64,000 bases of DNA from Octopus bimaculoides (lineage: Eukaryota): positions 61,840,794-61,904,793 of the forward strand of contig NC_068990.1 of the NCBI RefSeq assembly GCF_001194135.2, written 5' to 3'. The stretch's first letter is position 1, and each line of letters starts with the position of its first letter. The notes beneath the pieces were generated by a model. That model worked only from the letters and a program-made list of their open reading frames with translations. It was not told the DNA's origin and made no database searches. Below, one piece after another: positions 25,070 through 36,385 of the stretch. The position numbers and the translations under genes were made by a program.

Positions 25070-25131
25070 TCATCATCATCATCGTTTAACGTCCGCTTTC
25101 CATGCTAGCATGGGTTGGACGATTTGACTGA
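25070..25131 (-). mobile_element. Family F 3'-end insertion, young
   Basis: (CAT)n followed by a 50-bp sequence identical to the reverse complement of 39174-39223. Confidence 0.85.
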
Positions 25132-25211
<80 letters not shown>

Positions 25212-28149
25212 TAGGGTTACAACATTTGTAGGAAAAATTGGGATTTATCTTCAGATACAACCAACAGATACATTAGTAAAAACTTACCAAATTTTCAACT
25301 ATCATCACCTGTCATTGCCTCAATTAGACCACCATCCTGTCCAGGAACAGACATACATTTACATCCATTTAATGTTAAACATATTGTAATCAAGTACTAA
25401 GTGTTTTTGAAAGGATTAATCGACCTATTGAAGCAGGGCAGGGCTGACAGCAGTGGTTCTCATGATATTTTAAAGGTACATAGTTTTTTTAGAGACTCCT
25501 CTTTTGCAAGACTTTGTTATCAATGTAGTGTGTTAACAAAGCATTTGATTTCACAATACTCCCTGTTACTTCCTGTTAGCTTAACTGACTACATAAGCAT
25601 GAATTAGAAATATTAGGTGGGGACATGTCACACTGCTTGAGACAAATTATGAATCATTAACTCTGTGGCTTGTTACACAGTAGTACTCTTCCAAGCAATT
25701 ATGGATCAACTGTATTAATTACTAAAAGTTGCGTTTCTGTATATCTCAGAAATGGATGGCAGCAAGTATGGTAAGGTTTCATTGGCATTACCATTGAACT
25801 CTATAACCATATCTTCTTCACATTAAGTCATGTTCAGTTATAGTTGTCACTTGAGAAACCAAAAGTCTTTTGTGACAGATAAAAAACTCAAGTATCAAAA
25901 TGAGAAACCTCTAATTAACTCTAGCGTATGTGACAAAACACTCAAAACTATTGGCTATGAGATAATATTGAGGTTAAACATAAGCCAACCAATTATAGAT
26001 GTTAGATCTTCACACCTCACAGTCCAATGTCTTAGTTTGTTTGGGTTTGATAATACACAAAGTGATAAAAATCAATAAGTAAGAACTATATTACAATACT
26101 TAGTGTAGGGCAACCCTAGTGATGCTGTTTTCTGGTTCATCTTGGTAAGACTGTTGAACATATTCATTCTTTGAATGATCATGTCTTTTACCAACAATGA
26201 TATTTTGTCCATTACATTGTTATTCTCCTTATCATAACCATATTTACTATCAACATCATCACTAGCACCATTACATAAATATCTATTTTTCATTGTCAGA
26301 TAAATTAACAGCATCTTTTCACTTACAGCTGTACAATAGTAACTGTACTTGATTATGTTAATACTGTGTGCTAAATAGTTAATTTTTTTTTTTTTATAGT
26401 TAAATGTTATATCACTTGTTAACCAATTCTGATTTGAAAAATAATAACAATAAAACAACAACAATGTATCTACAGAGTGAAGCAACAGAACTTAACTGAC
26501 ACTGAAGAAGAATTTAAACCAAAATCAACACACTGAGGGCAAATAATCACAAAGGTTCACCACATCTTAACCAGAGCAATATAATAAAATATGTGATGAT
26601 TGATAATAAACATAGTTCAGGTCATTATTTTCAGTATGCATATGAAGGTGTATGTAATAATAGAGAGTCACTGACTGAAGATGTGTAAATAGTCTAAGAT
26701 ATGGACAGTAACTTATAGAATTTTTGAGAAGAAATCAAAACCATAATATAAAACAACAACTTTACAATTCTTATGAAAACTAGTATGATGTAAAAGACTT
26801 TGAAGTAACTTCAAATATTATTGAACACTAGAATCCAGACTCTTAGCTTGCACATGAACAATCTTGCTTATTATTGATTTATTTTATTTTTAATTTAAAT
26901 TTTTTTTTTTTTTTTTGTAATTTCTTTATTGTTGAGATGAAATATCGTGTTTTGAAACTAAAATTTCTTTGTTGCGATTCATATTCAAATAAACATTTCT
27001 GCACATTAACAGAACAAAGTAAGAATATACTCAAAAGGTTCTTAAGTAAAGACCAAATCACAAATGCACAGATTGTTCAGGATGATGATGATGATGATGA
27101 TGATGATGTGGGTAACACTCCAGAGAAGGTTAATATTTAATGGGCATCATTAACAAAGGAAAATGAAAGGATCAGGTGAATGTTACCATGGAAACCTAAG
27201 CACAGCACAGAGATAGGCCTTAAGGCTGTTCTACAAAGAGAAACGATACATTATAAGAGGATGCTAGAATAAAATGAGACAGGCATCCTGCAGCATGAAA
27301 CATATGTTAAAGATAGATTGTCAATGAATCTTTGAGTAGATATCTGATATTTGGAATACTGGAATAAGAGATATTCTTAAAAAGAAAAGTGATAATAATA
27401 CTTGCAGAATGTGAGAATTGAAACTAGATTTGCTATTTGAGTCTATCAACTGAGTATGGGGAGATAACTCGTGCCTGCACCTGTGCCCCCAGCTTCATAT
27501 CGAGAACACATAAACACACACAGACATCTCGAATAAAAAAGAGATCCACTGGAAAACTACTAAACAGAAACACCTAAATATTTAGAATATTTGCAGGAAT
27601 TGGAAATTTGCCATTCTAATCCCAACACTGTATCACCACTACAGTCTGCTGAACGGGGCACACTATTATCACTTTCCACTTGAAATCTTTCCTCTTCAAC
27701 TGATTTGAAGCCATCCCCTTGATCTGTTTGACCAAATTCACATTGACCTTCATCAGAATATTCTAAAATTTGCAGAACTTCATTAATTCTCAACAAGCTA
27801 TACTGCTGTCATTTCTCCACAAAAGTGCAAAGCTTTTCTGAGCTTCATGTTTAAGAATGGGGAAGAGAACATAAAACAACATCTGAAATAGAGCTATCAG
27901 TGAGCAAAAACCATTTGGAATCAACTTCATTTGATACTAATGGCCTGTCTTCATCCTGACTGACCAACTCCATTTTAGTTTGGCTGAATTTTAACATGAG
28001 GTCTGTCGCCATTTCAAGAATTCTGCTGAACAATCAAGTTTTTAAAGTCCCAATAAGCTTAACCAGGTTAAATTGTTAACGATCATAAATAAATGAATAA
28101 ATTCAGCTTCTGCAAACCAAGTTATTTATGAAGATTTTTAATGAAGAAA

Positions 28150-28280
28150 CAATCATCATCATCATCACCACCACTGCCACCATCATTATTTCCACTGCCA
28201 TCATCATCATCATCATCATCATCATTACCATCACCGCCATCATCATCATCACAACCACCACCATCACCTCCACCATCATT
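28150..28280. repeat. (CAT/CAC)n trinucleotide low-complexity tract
   Basis: Direct inspection; source of the poly-I/T and poly-S/P ORFs. Confidence 0.92.
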
Positions 28281-28289
28281 ATATGTTCA

Positions 28290-28470
28290 CATTCCTATGA
28301 TAGTTTGGGCCAGATGGGACTTGTTGAGACAGATCGTTTTATCCATCCAGATGCACTTCCTGTTGCCAAACCTCACCTGTTTGCAAATAAGGTAATATTT
28401 CTCTATGGCCAGAGGACTGGAAATGAACATCATGTTGATACACATTTACAAACACATTATGTCGAGGTAT
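28290..28470 (-). mobile_element. SINE family G
   Basis: ccagatgcacttcctgttgccaaacctcacctgtttgcaaataagg. Confidence 0.65.
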
Positions 28471-29395
28471 GAGTATACACAAACAAAATCAATCATACAC
28501 GCATACATACATACAGGCATGATGTTCTATTAGTTTCTATATGCATATATACATGCACACACACACACACACAGACACATCTATTTAAATATACAACCAA
28601 AAGAGCTACTTATAGTTTCATGCTGTTATGATACTTGAACAGGCATATTTATAAAATACGCCATATATCGTAAAGCAATCTTTCAGGCTCTGTTTGTGTG
28701 TTATATATATAACTTTTAAAAACAGGGATGCGGAACAATAAGAAAATAAGAAAAAAATATGAAGAAGGTTGGCGCAAAAAATGGAACAAGAAAAAATAAA
28801 CAAAACCAAGAAAACTAAGATCCTAATTCTCCTTGACTGCAGAAAGCTCATTAAACAAAATAAAAGAAAATATGTTGAAATCTGTGAGACAGCAACTGAA
28901 TCCAGAACAGGTGGTGCCTGCCGATTTAATATAAGAAACTTGTCCATGTGTCTACACCTGCTAAAAATTTCAGATCTCAAATTGTGTGTGTATGTGTGTG
29001 TGTGCGCACGCGCGAATACGTGTGTGCATGCGCGTTTATAACTTGCGAGTTTTGAAAGTTACAATTTATGGGTGGTGGTGTTTTTGACAATTTTCTCTTA
29101 AACAATTCCTCCACTGGCTTTGTAGCTTTGAAGTCATAAAGAAAAAAAATCCCTCCTTTATTTGCAAAATAGGTGATGGTTAGAGGCAGGAAGGACATCA
29201 ACTGACTAATGATAATAAAAAAAAGTGAAATAGAACCCGTGCATGTATTTAGAATTAGCATAATGACCCTCCCAACATACATCACACAAGTTCACATCAA
29301 GAATCTTGCAAAATAAGAAAACAGAGGTATACAAAATAAGAAAAAAGAGGTATACAAACAGCAAGCAGTTAACATTTGGATTGTTTATGTCAATG

Positions 29396-29624
29396 TTAAC
29401 CATTTCATTGTCAATATTTCGGTTGAACTGCACAGTTTTTGTTTCAATTAATTTTGGAAATAATAACAAATTTATAAAAATAACTTTGTCAGTATTAAGC
29501 TGGAGTTTGGAACATAAAAGAATGTGAAATTTTGGAGGCAGGTTTCAATATAGATCACTTTTAAATAGGAGGTTTGTATCAGAATGAAGGCAAATTTCAG
29601 GCAGGTTGGAATCAAGAGGGTTAA
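29396..29624. mobile_element. TTAA-flanked MITE 2
   Basis: TTAA at 29396-29399 and 29621-29624; an empty paralogous site lies at 30241-30244. Confidence 0.85.
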
Positions 29625-31137
29625 TAAATTATTCAAAAAAATTTACACTGTTTGTATCCCACTCTGACCAAGGGCAGCCTTCAAATTTTTCTATCTAAAA
29701 AGGGTTTTTCAACCCAATTTTTACTTGTTATTGTTTATAAACTTTATATATACTTTGAGGACTAATTTTTAAAAATAAATAGAAAGAAAGAAAGAAAGGA
29801 AAAAAGAAAGAAATGAAAAGAATTATTTTACAATAAAGTTTAAGTTGAAAACATTTGGAAAGAAAACTTAGGCAGTTACATCAGAACGTGCTACAGGGAA
29901 TGATGGCATCTAAGTTTTATTGGTTTTTCAAGGTTTATTAATCTAGCCAGATCATCATTGGTAACGAATGATGACAGAATTAAACTTTCAATATCACAAT
30001 TACAATTATTATTATTGGTAGCAGTAGCAACAACATCATTAACATTATTAGCAGTAATAATTTGAGTAGCTTTCATTTAAAATATCAATTAAGCAACAAA
30101 AGTCTCTCTTGATTAAATGTTTTCAAGTAGTAGTACTAAGTGTGTAAATGTTCAACAATTTAGATAAAGAGTAAAAAAGAAGAAAAATGAAGACATATAC
30201 ACACAATAGACAGTTAACATTTGGTCTGTTTATGTCAATGTTAATATTTTATTTCAAAAATTTACATCTCACCCCACTCTGACCCAAATATAACACTTGC
30301 AGTGGAATTTATATTTGATATTCACGATCTACTTGAACGAGACTACTTCCATATAATCCAATATGAATATTTTTCTCTCAAAAATGGCAAACTTAACAAT
30401 ATACAAAGAAAATGAATATATAGACAGCTACATTTATAAAAAAAATCCCAATCCTACATCACAGCATACTGTTTCTGTAATATTTAATATCTAACAGGAT
30501 GAAAAAAAAACAAAAAAAACCTTAATTTAGAAATCTTAATCTAAACTGATAATTAAATTTTCAGAAAACAACACTGTAATTACCATTACAGACAGAAAGA
30601 AATTTTAAATTTGAATATGAAACCACAAAAGATTATTGGTGATTTCTTGCCAGAAAATATCATGAAAGGGTAAAAGGACAAAGTAGATAGAATTACAACA
30701 GATGTGAAGCCTATTGTAAAGAATTGGCAAATCTTTCACATATAATTATTAAAGATTAAACCCTGCCTAAGCTAGGACCAGAATTTCATCCAGGATCAAT
30801 ATCTAGCTTGGCAACAGCACGATTAGAACAAGGATTCTAGAAATGGGTCAATCCATAACATTGGTCTGGGTATAAAGGTCAACAAGTGCAGTGATACTTT
30901 GCCGTATTTTTAATCTCTTATAAGCTTTGCATTTAACAAACCACTTTGCAAAGGAAATTTGAATTTCCTACAGAATTGACTTTCAACTGAGGCTAATAGG
31001 CATGCATAAAGTAAAATGTGCTATACATACATGCATACACATATATATATACATATATGTATGTACACACATACATATATTCATACATATATACAAACAT
31101 GCATACATTGCATACATACATACATACATAAATACCT

Positions 31138-31172
<35 letters not shown>

Positions 31173-31354
31173 TGTGTGTTTGTATATAAACATATATTTA
31201 TATATGAATGTATATGCATATGGTTTGTACAAACAGGAAAACAAAACTCAAAACATGCGTAAATATATATTTCTCTATTAATAATTGGTGGAAGTTACAA
31301 AGTGATTTAAGGGCTGAGAGTTTCATGTGAAATATATATATATATTAATAGTAT

Positions 31355-31560
31355 GGTATGACAACAAAAGAATGAATGAGACCTTGATATTATAGAGGAA
31401 TTCATCTGTAATATAACAGAGGAATTTATCTGTAATATAATGTGTGACAATTTTTTGATTGTCTTAATAACTGATGAGATGCCGGATCAGATTTCCGCCT
31501 TGACATCTGAAACTCAGAGTTTTATTATGGCAACCGAATAATTGTCACATATTATATTAT
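31355..31560. mobile_element. Penelope-type pseudo-LTR with 5' inversion
   Basis: Homologous to 11745-11910; 20-bp inverted repeat 31433-31452 / 31540-31559. Confidence 0.7.
31465..31527 (+). ncRNA. Type I minimal hammerhead ribozyme
   Basis: Stem I TAATAA/TTATTA, core CTGATGA (31471-31477), stem II GATG/CATC with inner CGGA/TCCG, GAAA (31509-31512), palindromic stem III ACTC-A-GAGT, predicted cleavage triplet GUU. Confidence 0.8.
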
Positions 31561-31661
31561 ATTATATTATATTATATTATATATATATATATATATGCTT
31601 CCTTCTCAACTGTTCGCATTTCTTCTCTCATTCAATCTTTAACTTGTTATGATACGTGGTT

Positions 31662-31718
31662 TGTGCCTGATGAAAATGTTTGAGGTATTTCTCAGCATAT
31701 GAAACTATTATTAGCATA
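31662..31718 (+). ncRNA. Second, partly decayed type I hammerhead ribozyme
   Basis: Stem I TGTGC/GCATA, CTGATGA (31667-31673), stem II AAATG..TGAG/CTCA..CATAT, GAAA (31701-31704), weak stem III, UUA triplet. Confidence 0.6.
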
Positions 31719-32269
31719 TAAAAATGTATAATGTGTCTATTAGATAATATTTATCTCTTACCAAATGGAGTTCTTTTTTTTTTTGGTTGATCTTTCCATC
31801 ATGGAACAGTACATTATATATGTGTATGTGAGTGTATGTTTATGTATATATTTATGCACAGTTATGCACCTATGGATGTATACACTTCCTTCTATATGTT
31901 ATATATTTATGTCTATGTGTGTGTATTCAGTTGCATACCATATTTATATTCACCAGTGCTCTCATATATGTATGCATACATATCTTTAAATTTTCCTTAT
32001 TTGTTTATTTATTGAACAGCATAGTGGGCAAACCATTTGAAAAATATGCATTACCCATGTGACATTGTAATTGCTTTTATAATCTGTTCTAGAACAATCC
32101 ACAGAAATACCATCATCACCTTGATTTGATACCAGTTTGATGAGAATCAACTCAAAACTCTCAGCTTTTGAATGTATGTGCATGTGTCATAAAAAAAAAC
32201 CATGCTTCTGCCATGTAAAAAGCACCCAGTCTAGAAAATGGATGCTAAATGATGATGATAATGGCATGG

Positions 32270-32319
<50 letters not shown>

Positions 32320-32884
32320 TATATGTATGTGCATATATGTGTGTGTCTGTATGTGTGTATGTGTATATATACATAGCCAGGGAACAGAAAAGAGGTGTGT
32401 ATGTATATTCTAACAATAAATTTTTCAGTTTCTTATAGAAATCAATATAAAAGATTGCCTTTATGTTTATATGGTCTATATGAGTTGCAGATTTCTTAGA
32501 TAAGAATATTTGTTTTGCTCAATTCATATCTACAAACAGGTAACAAACAAAACTGCATTTGTATTTAACTGGACAACATATAAATTAAAAGCAAAAAAAG
32601 GCCAGAGAACTATTTAAGTTGACAAATATCACAACTCCATCTTTTTATTATTATTTTTTTTTGTCTAAAGAAACATAGAGCAATCATTTGAACAACAATG
32701 GGTCATGTTTTGTTACACATTTGGTACATTATATGGAAGATCACTAAACCATCATACATAATAATCATAAATTTTAACTATCAAAGCTAGGGACAATAGA
32801 CTGTGTTTTCCTTTATGCAATTCATACAAGAAATATAACCATAGCTGCAAGACAGTCATTTACTGAACATGTATATTTTTTATC

Positions 32885-33125
32885 TTTTACTTGTTTCAGT
32901 CATTAGACCACAGCCATGCTGGAATACTGCCTAGGAGTATTTTTAGTTGAATAAATCAACCCCAGAATATATATTTTTTTCTGAGCCTGGTACTCATTTT
33001 ATTGGTCTATTTGACTGAACTGCTAAGTTACAGGTATGTAAACACACCAACACCAGTTGTCAAATGGTGGTAGTGGGGAGAAACACAGATACAAAACACA
33101 CACATGATAGGTTTCTTTCAGTTTC
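32885..33125 (-). mobile_element. SINE family A, 3' half
   Basis: cttttacttgtttcagtcattagaccacagccatgctgg...gtttctttcagtttc. Confidence 0.8.
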
Positions 33126-33439
33126 TAACATGTGGGGGATAGGCCCCATTAAGGGGTCTTACTAACTCCTAAGAAGTTGAAATTTTAGGAATATTACTTC
33201 ATTTGTGTCTAATATCTATGGTTAAAATTTCATCAACAGCAAAAATATATGAATTTTCATGGGGGTTATGACCTCATTTAATGCATGATTACAAATGAAT
33301 TCAGAGCATTTGAAGGCGTAGGTGTGGGTACAGTGAGTGAATGTTGGCTGATTTGGAGGAGTGGTACTGTGCATGAATGTGTTAGTGTGTTCATGTCTCC
33401 CTGTGACGAAGCATGCTTATTGTTAACAAATGTCATGAT

Positions 33440-33680
33440 ACATCACTGGTATGTATTGTCATATAAGTCGTGTCATTCATTTGCAATATTCTGCATAAAC
33501 ATATCTAGTTACGGTAGAAATATTACCTTGCTTGGAAATGGGTGAGGGTTAGCGACAGGAAGGGTACCCAGCCACAGAAAATTTTTCTCAACAAATTTCA
33601 CCTAACACATGCCAGCATTAGAAAAAGAGGACATTAAAATGTTGACGATGGTAGTGATGATGATGATGATGATGATGATA
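33440..33680 (+). mobile_element. SINE family G
   Basis: aatattaccttgcttggaaatgggtgagggttagcgacaggaaggg ... (GAT)n tail. Confidence 0.7.
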
Positions 33681-33926
33681 TTAATCAATTAATATCAACC
33701 TTAGTACATGACTGGTATGTTATTCATGAGCTGCAGAAAGGAATAATGATCTTCGTAGGATTTAAACTTTTTGGGGATGGTCATAATTTGCCTATTAACC
33801 ACAGTCACTATATACTTGGTCTTCACTTCAACTTTATTATTATTATTATTATTTTAGTGTCCTTTTTCTCAAGTCTTTCTTCACACATTCTGGAACCTTG
33901 TCGGTGACTCTCCATCCCACATCTCT

Positions 33927-34000
33927 CCTCCTGATCTGTTAAGTCCATTCTCTAAACAGAATCACTGAAGAGGTCACATGATGTGTGACGAAAGGCACTA
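33927..34000 (+). ncRNA. Hammerhead-like motif
   Basis: CTGAAGA (33965-33971), extra G, stem II GTCACA/TGTGAC, GAAA (33990-33993); an upstream hairpin TGATCTGTT/AACAGAATCA could act as stem I. Confidence 0.45.
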
Positions 34001-34169
34001 AAGCAAGAAAATGAAGAACAAGTATACAGTGTGTGTGGTCAATTGGTAAAAAAATATCACCATCCCTAAATATAACAATATCTGTTTCAAACACGATTTC
34101 ACATCAGGAATCTTGCGGAACAAATTCATGAACATAAAAATCCTCTTTCATTGATGACAACAATATGGA

Positions 34170-34385
34170 AATAACCCTTTCTACTATAGGCACTTGACCT
34201 GGATTTTGTATTGAAGGGGGACGGTCTATCACATTGACCCCAGTACTCAACTGGTACTTAATTTATCGACCCCAAAAGGATGAAAGGCAAAGCTGACCTC
34301 AGCAGAATTTGAACTCAGAACGTGGTGACAGATGAAATACCACTAAGTATTTCGCCTGGCGTGCTAACAATCCTGCCAGCTCGAT
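34170..34385 (-). mobile_element. SINE family B
   Basis: ataaccctttctactataggcac...cctgccagctcg. Confidence 0.88.
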
Positions 34386-34521
34386 AATGACCATTTCTAC
34401 TAATTCTTATATTTAACCTGGCAGAAAACACATTATTAACTCATCAGGTATGACAGGTTAAATAAAGCAAAGCAAAATCTTCAACTTTGGGCCAACAGAT
34501 GGCATCTCACCATGAAACATG

Positions 34522-34680
34522 GTGAGCTGGCAGAATCGTTAACACACCAGATTTAATATTTAGCAGCATTTTTTCTGGCTCTTTATGCTCTGGGTCAACG
34601 TTGCCTTCCATCCCTTTTAGGGTCAATGTAATTGATTTTCCCCCTCCAACCCCCTCACTTCTTCAAATCTGCTGGCTTTG
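34522..34680 (+). mobile_element. SINE family B, partial
   Basis: ggtgagctggcagaatcgttaacacaccag... Confidence 0.7.
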
Positions 34681-34899
34681 AAGCTTACAGTGAACTGGCA
34701 TCCTGTCCAGGAGCAATGTTGCTCTGTCAAGTGCTTTTATGCTATTGAAATTGAGTAATTGGCCTTATGATTCCTAGGGCTAAGAAAACATAAAAACAAA
34801 TTGTTGTGATGATCCCCACCCCGTTGCTTTTTATACATCTCCTCTATTCCCTGTGTACTACTTATACTCCCCCCTCCCCACTGTTCTTTGTGAGTAAGC

Positions 34900-35430
34900 C
34901 CTCTCTTTCTCACTCTGTCTCTATCATTCCCGCTAACTCTCTCCCACCTCCCTCTCCCTTCTTGTTCTACTGGAGTAGCGAAGTATCCCTTCTGTAGTAA
35001 GACAGCTATCCTTGACCATCTATCATTAATCCAACCTCACACTTTGGACACGGCCACTTCTCTCTCGGTTCCTCTCCCTCTCTCAGTTGAGATGTTCTTG
35101 TCTTGCAAGCTTCTTGGTGACCCCACAGGTGCTGGTGTGACATAAAAAGGACCCATATTGGTGCCACATATATATAAAATACCTGTACTGCTGTCATGTA
35201 TAAAGCAACCGTGCTGGTGCCACATGAAAATGCACCCATGCTACTGCCATGTAAAAAGCACCAGTACACTCTGTGGAGTGGTTATATTAAGAAGGGCATC
35301 TGGCAGTAGAAAACCTGCCAAAACAGATGATTGGATCCTGGTGTGGCTCTCCAGCATGCCAGCTCCTGTCAAATCACCCAATCCATGCCAGTATGGAAAA
35401 TGGATGTTAAATGATGATGATGACGATGAT
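34900..35430 (+). mobile_element. SINE family F ((GAT)n-tailed)
   Basis: Repeated gtgccacataaaaagcacc modules, gaagggcatctggcagtagaaaacc, ccatgccagtatggaaaatggatgttaaatgatgat. Confidence 0.75.
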
Positions 35431-36019
35431 GACAAAATTTTACAAAAACCTATTATTTTTACAAAATAATGTACATTCAAAAGGTCAAAAAAAAAAAAGT
35501 ATATCTGGCAGCTATTGAAATAACACCAAATTCATCATAAATTAGGTTTTAAATCATTTCAGCAAATTTCAACTAAAATGCATTCCTCATGAAACAAGGA
35601 TGAATTGAAGGAAATGGTTTTGAAAAGCAAGACAATTAGCAAATAATGTACAAGTATTGTACTTTGTTGGAAACTAAAAATATTCTTAAAACGAATTAAT
35701 TTCTTTATACCATAACGAGTTCATAAAATGATAAAACAAACTGGTGCTGAGGATATAAAATTCATTGTATAATGAACTTAGTGCTGTAATTCTCACTAAA
35801 AAAAAAAAAAAAGATAGTGTAAAACTTGCAAAATGACAATAAATAAACTTCGCTAGAATGTTTTCAATTACTGAAGACAAAAGAGTATAATTTGTTTGCG
35901 CTGAAAACAAAACACCTGACTGAATGTACAAAGGAAGTTTGATAGGGAAACAAATTTCAAAAAAAAAGAAAAAACTTCAATGGAAAATAGCAAAATGTTT
36001 CAAAGCTGATTATAAACAG

Positions 36020-36385
36020 GAAGGGCTGTGTGGTTAAGTTGCTCACTTTGTAACTTTGTGGTTATGGGTTCAGTGACACTGCATGGCACCTTGGGCAAAA
36101 TATTTGTTGCTGAAGTCCTGGGCTGACCAATACCTTGCAAGTAGGAGTCTGTTGTATATACATGTGTGTGTATGTATGTGTGTCTGTGTTTGTTTGACAC
36201 TCCACCCACCTCAGCCCAGTGATTGACAACTAATATGGGTTTATTTATATCCTCATAATTTAGTGGCTTGGCAAAAAATAAAATAAGGCTTAATAAGCAC
36301 TGCAATTGATTTATTTGACTATAAACCCTTCAAATCAGTGCTCCAGCATGGCAGAATAGAATCATTGAAACGCATAAAAAGATAA
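36020..36385 (+). mobile_element. SINE family A
   Basis: ggctgtgtggttaagttgc...gtgctccagcatggc. Confidence 0.82.

Noticed and set aside
24492-25335. Minus-strand exon candidates at about 24493-24524 and 25287-25335
   Set aside because: The second has stops in all frames; equally good candidates on both strands indicate background noise.
26072-28033. Four minus ORFs sharing one frame register
   Set aside because: One is a poly-A artefact and intervening microsatellites would break a real frame; probably coincidence.
28981-29036. Alternating purine-pyrimidine, CpG-containing tract (Z-DNA-prone)
   Set aside because: A common by-product of (TG)n decay; similar tracts occur at about 600 and 5440.
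30770-30930. Possible RTE APE-endonuclease remnant (RINI...ARLEQG...WSGYKG)
   Set aside because: Requires several frameshifts; cannot be supported without a profile search.
33140-33285. Possible TTAA-bounded DNA transposon fragment
   Set aside because: The terminal inverted repeats match poorly.
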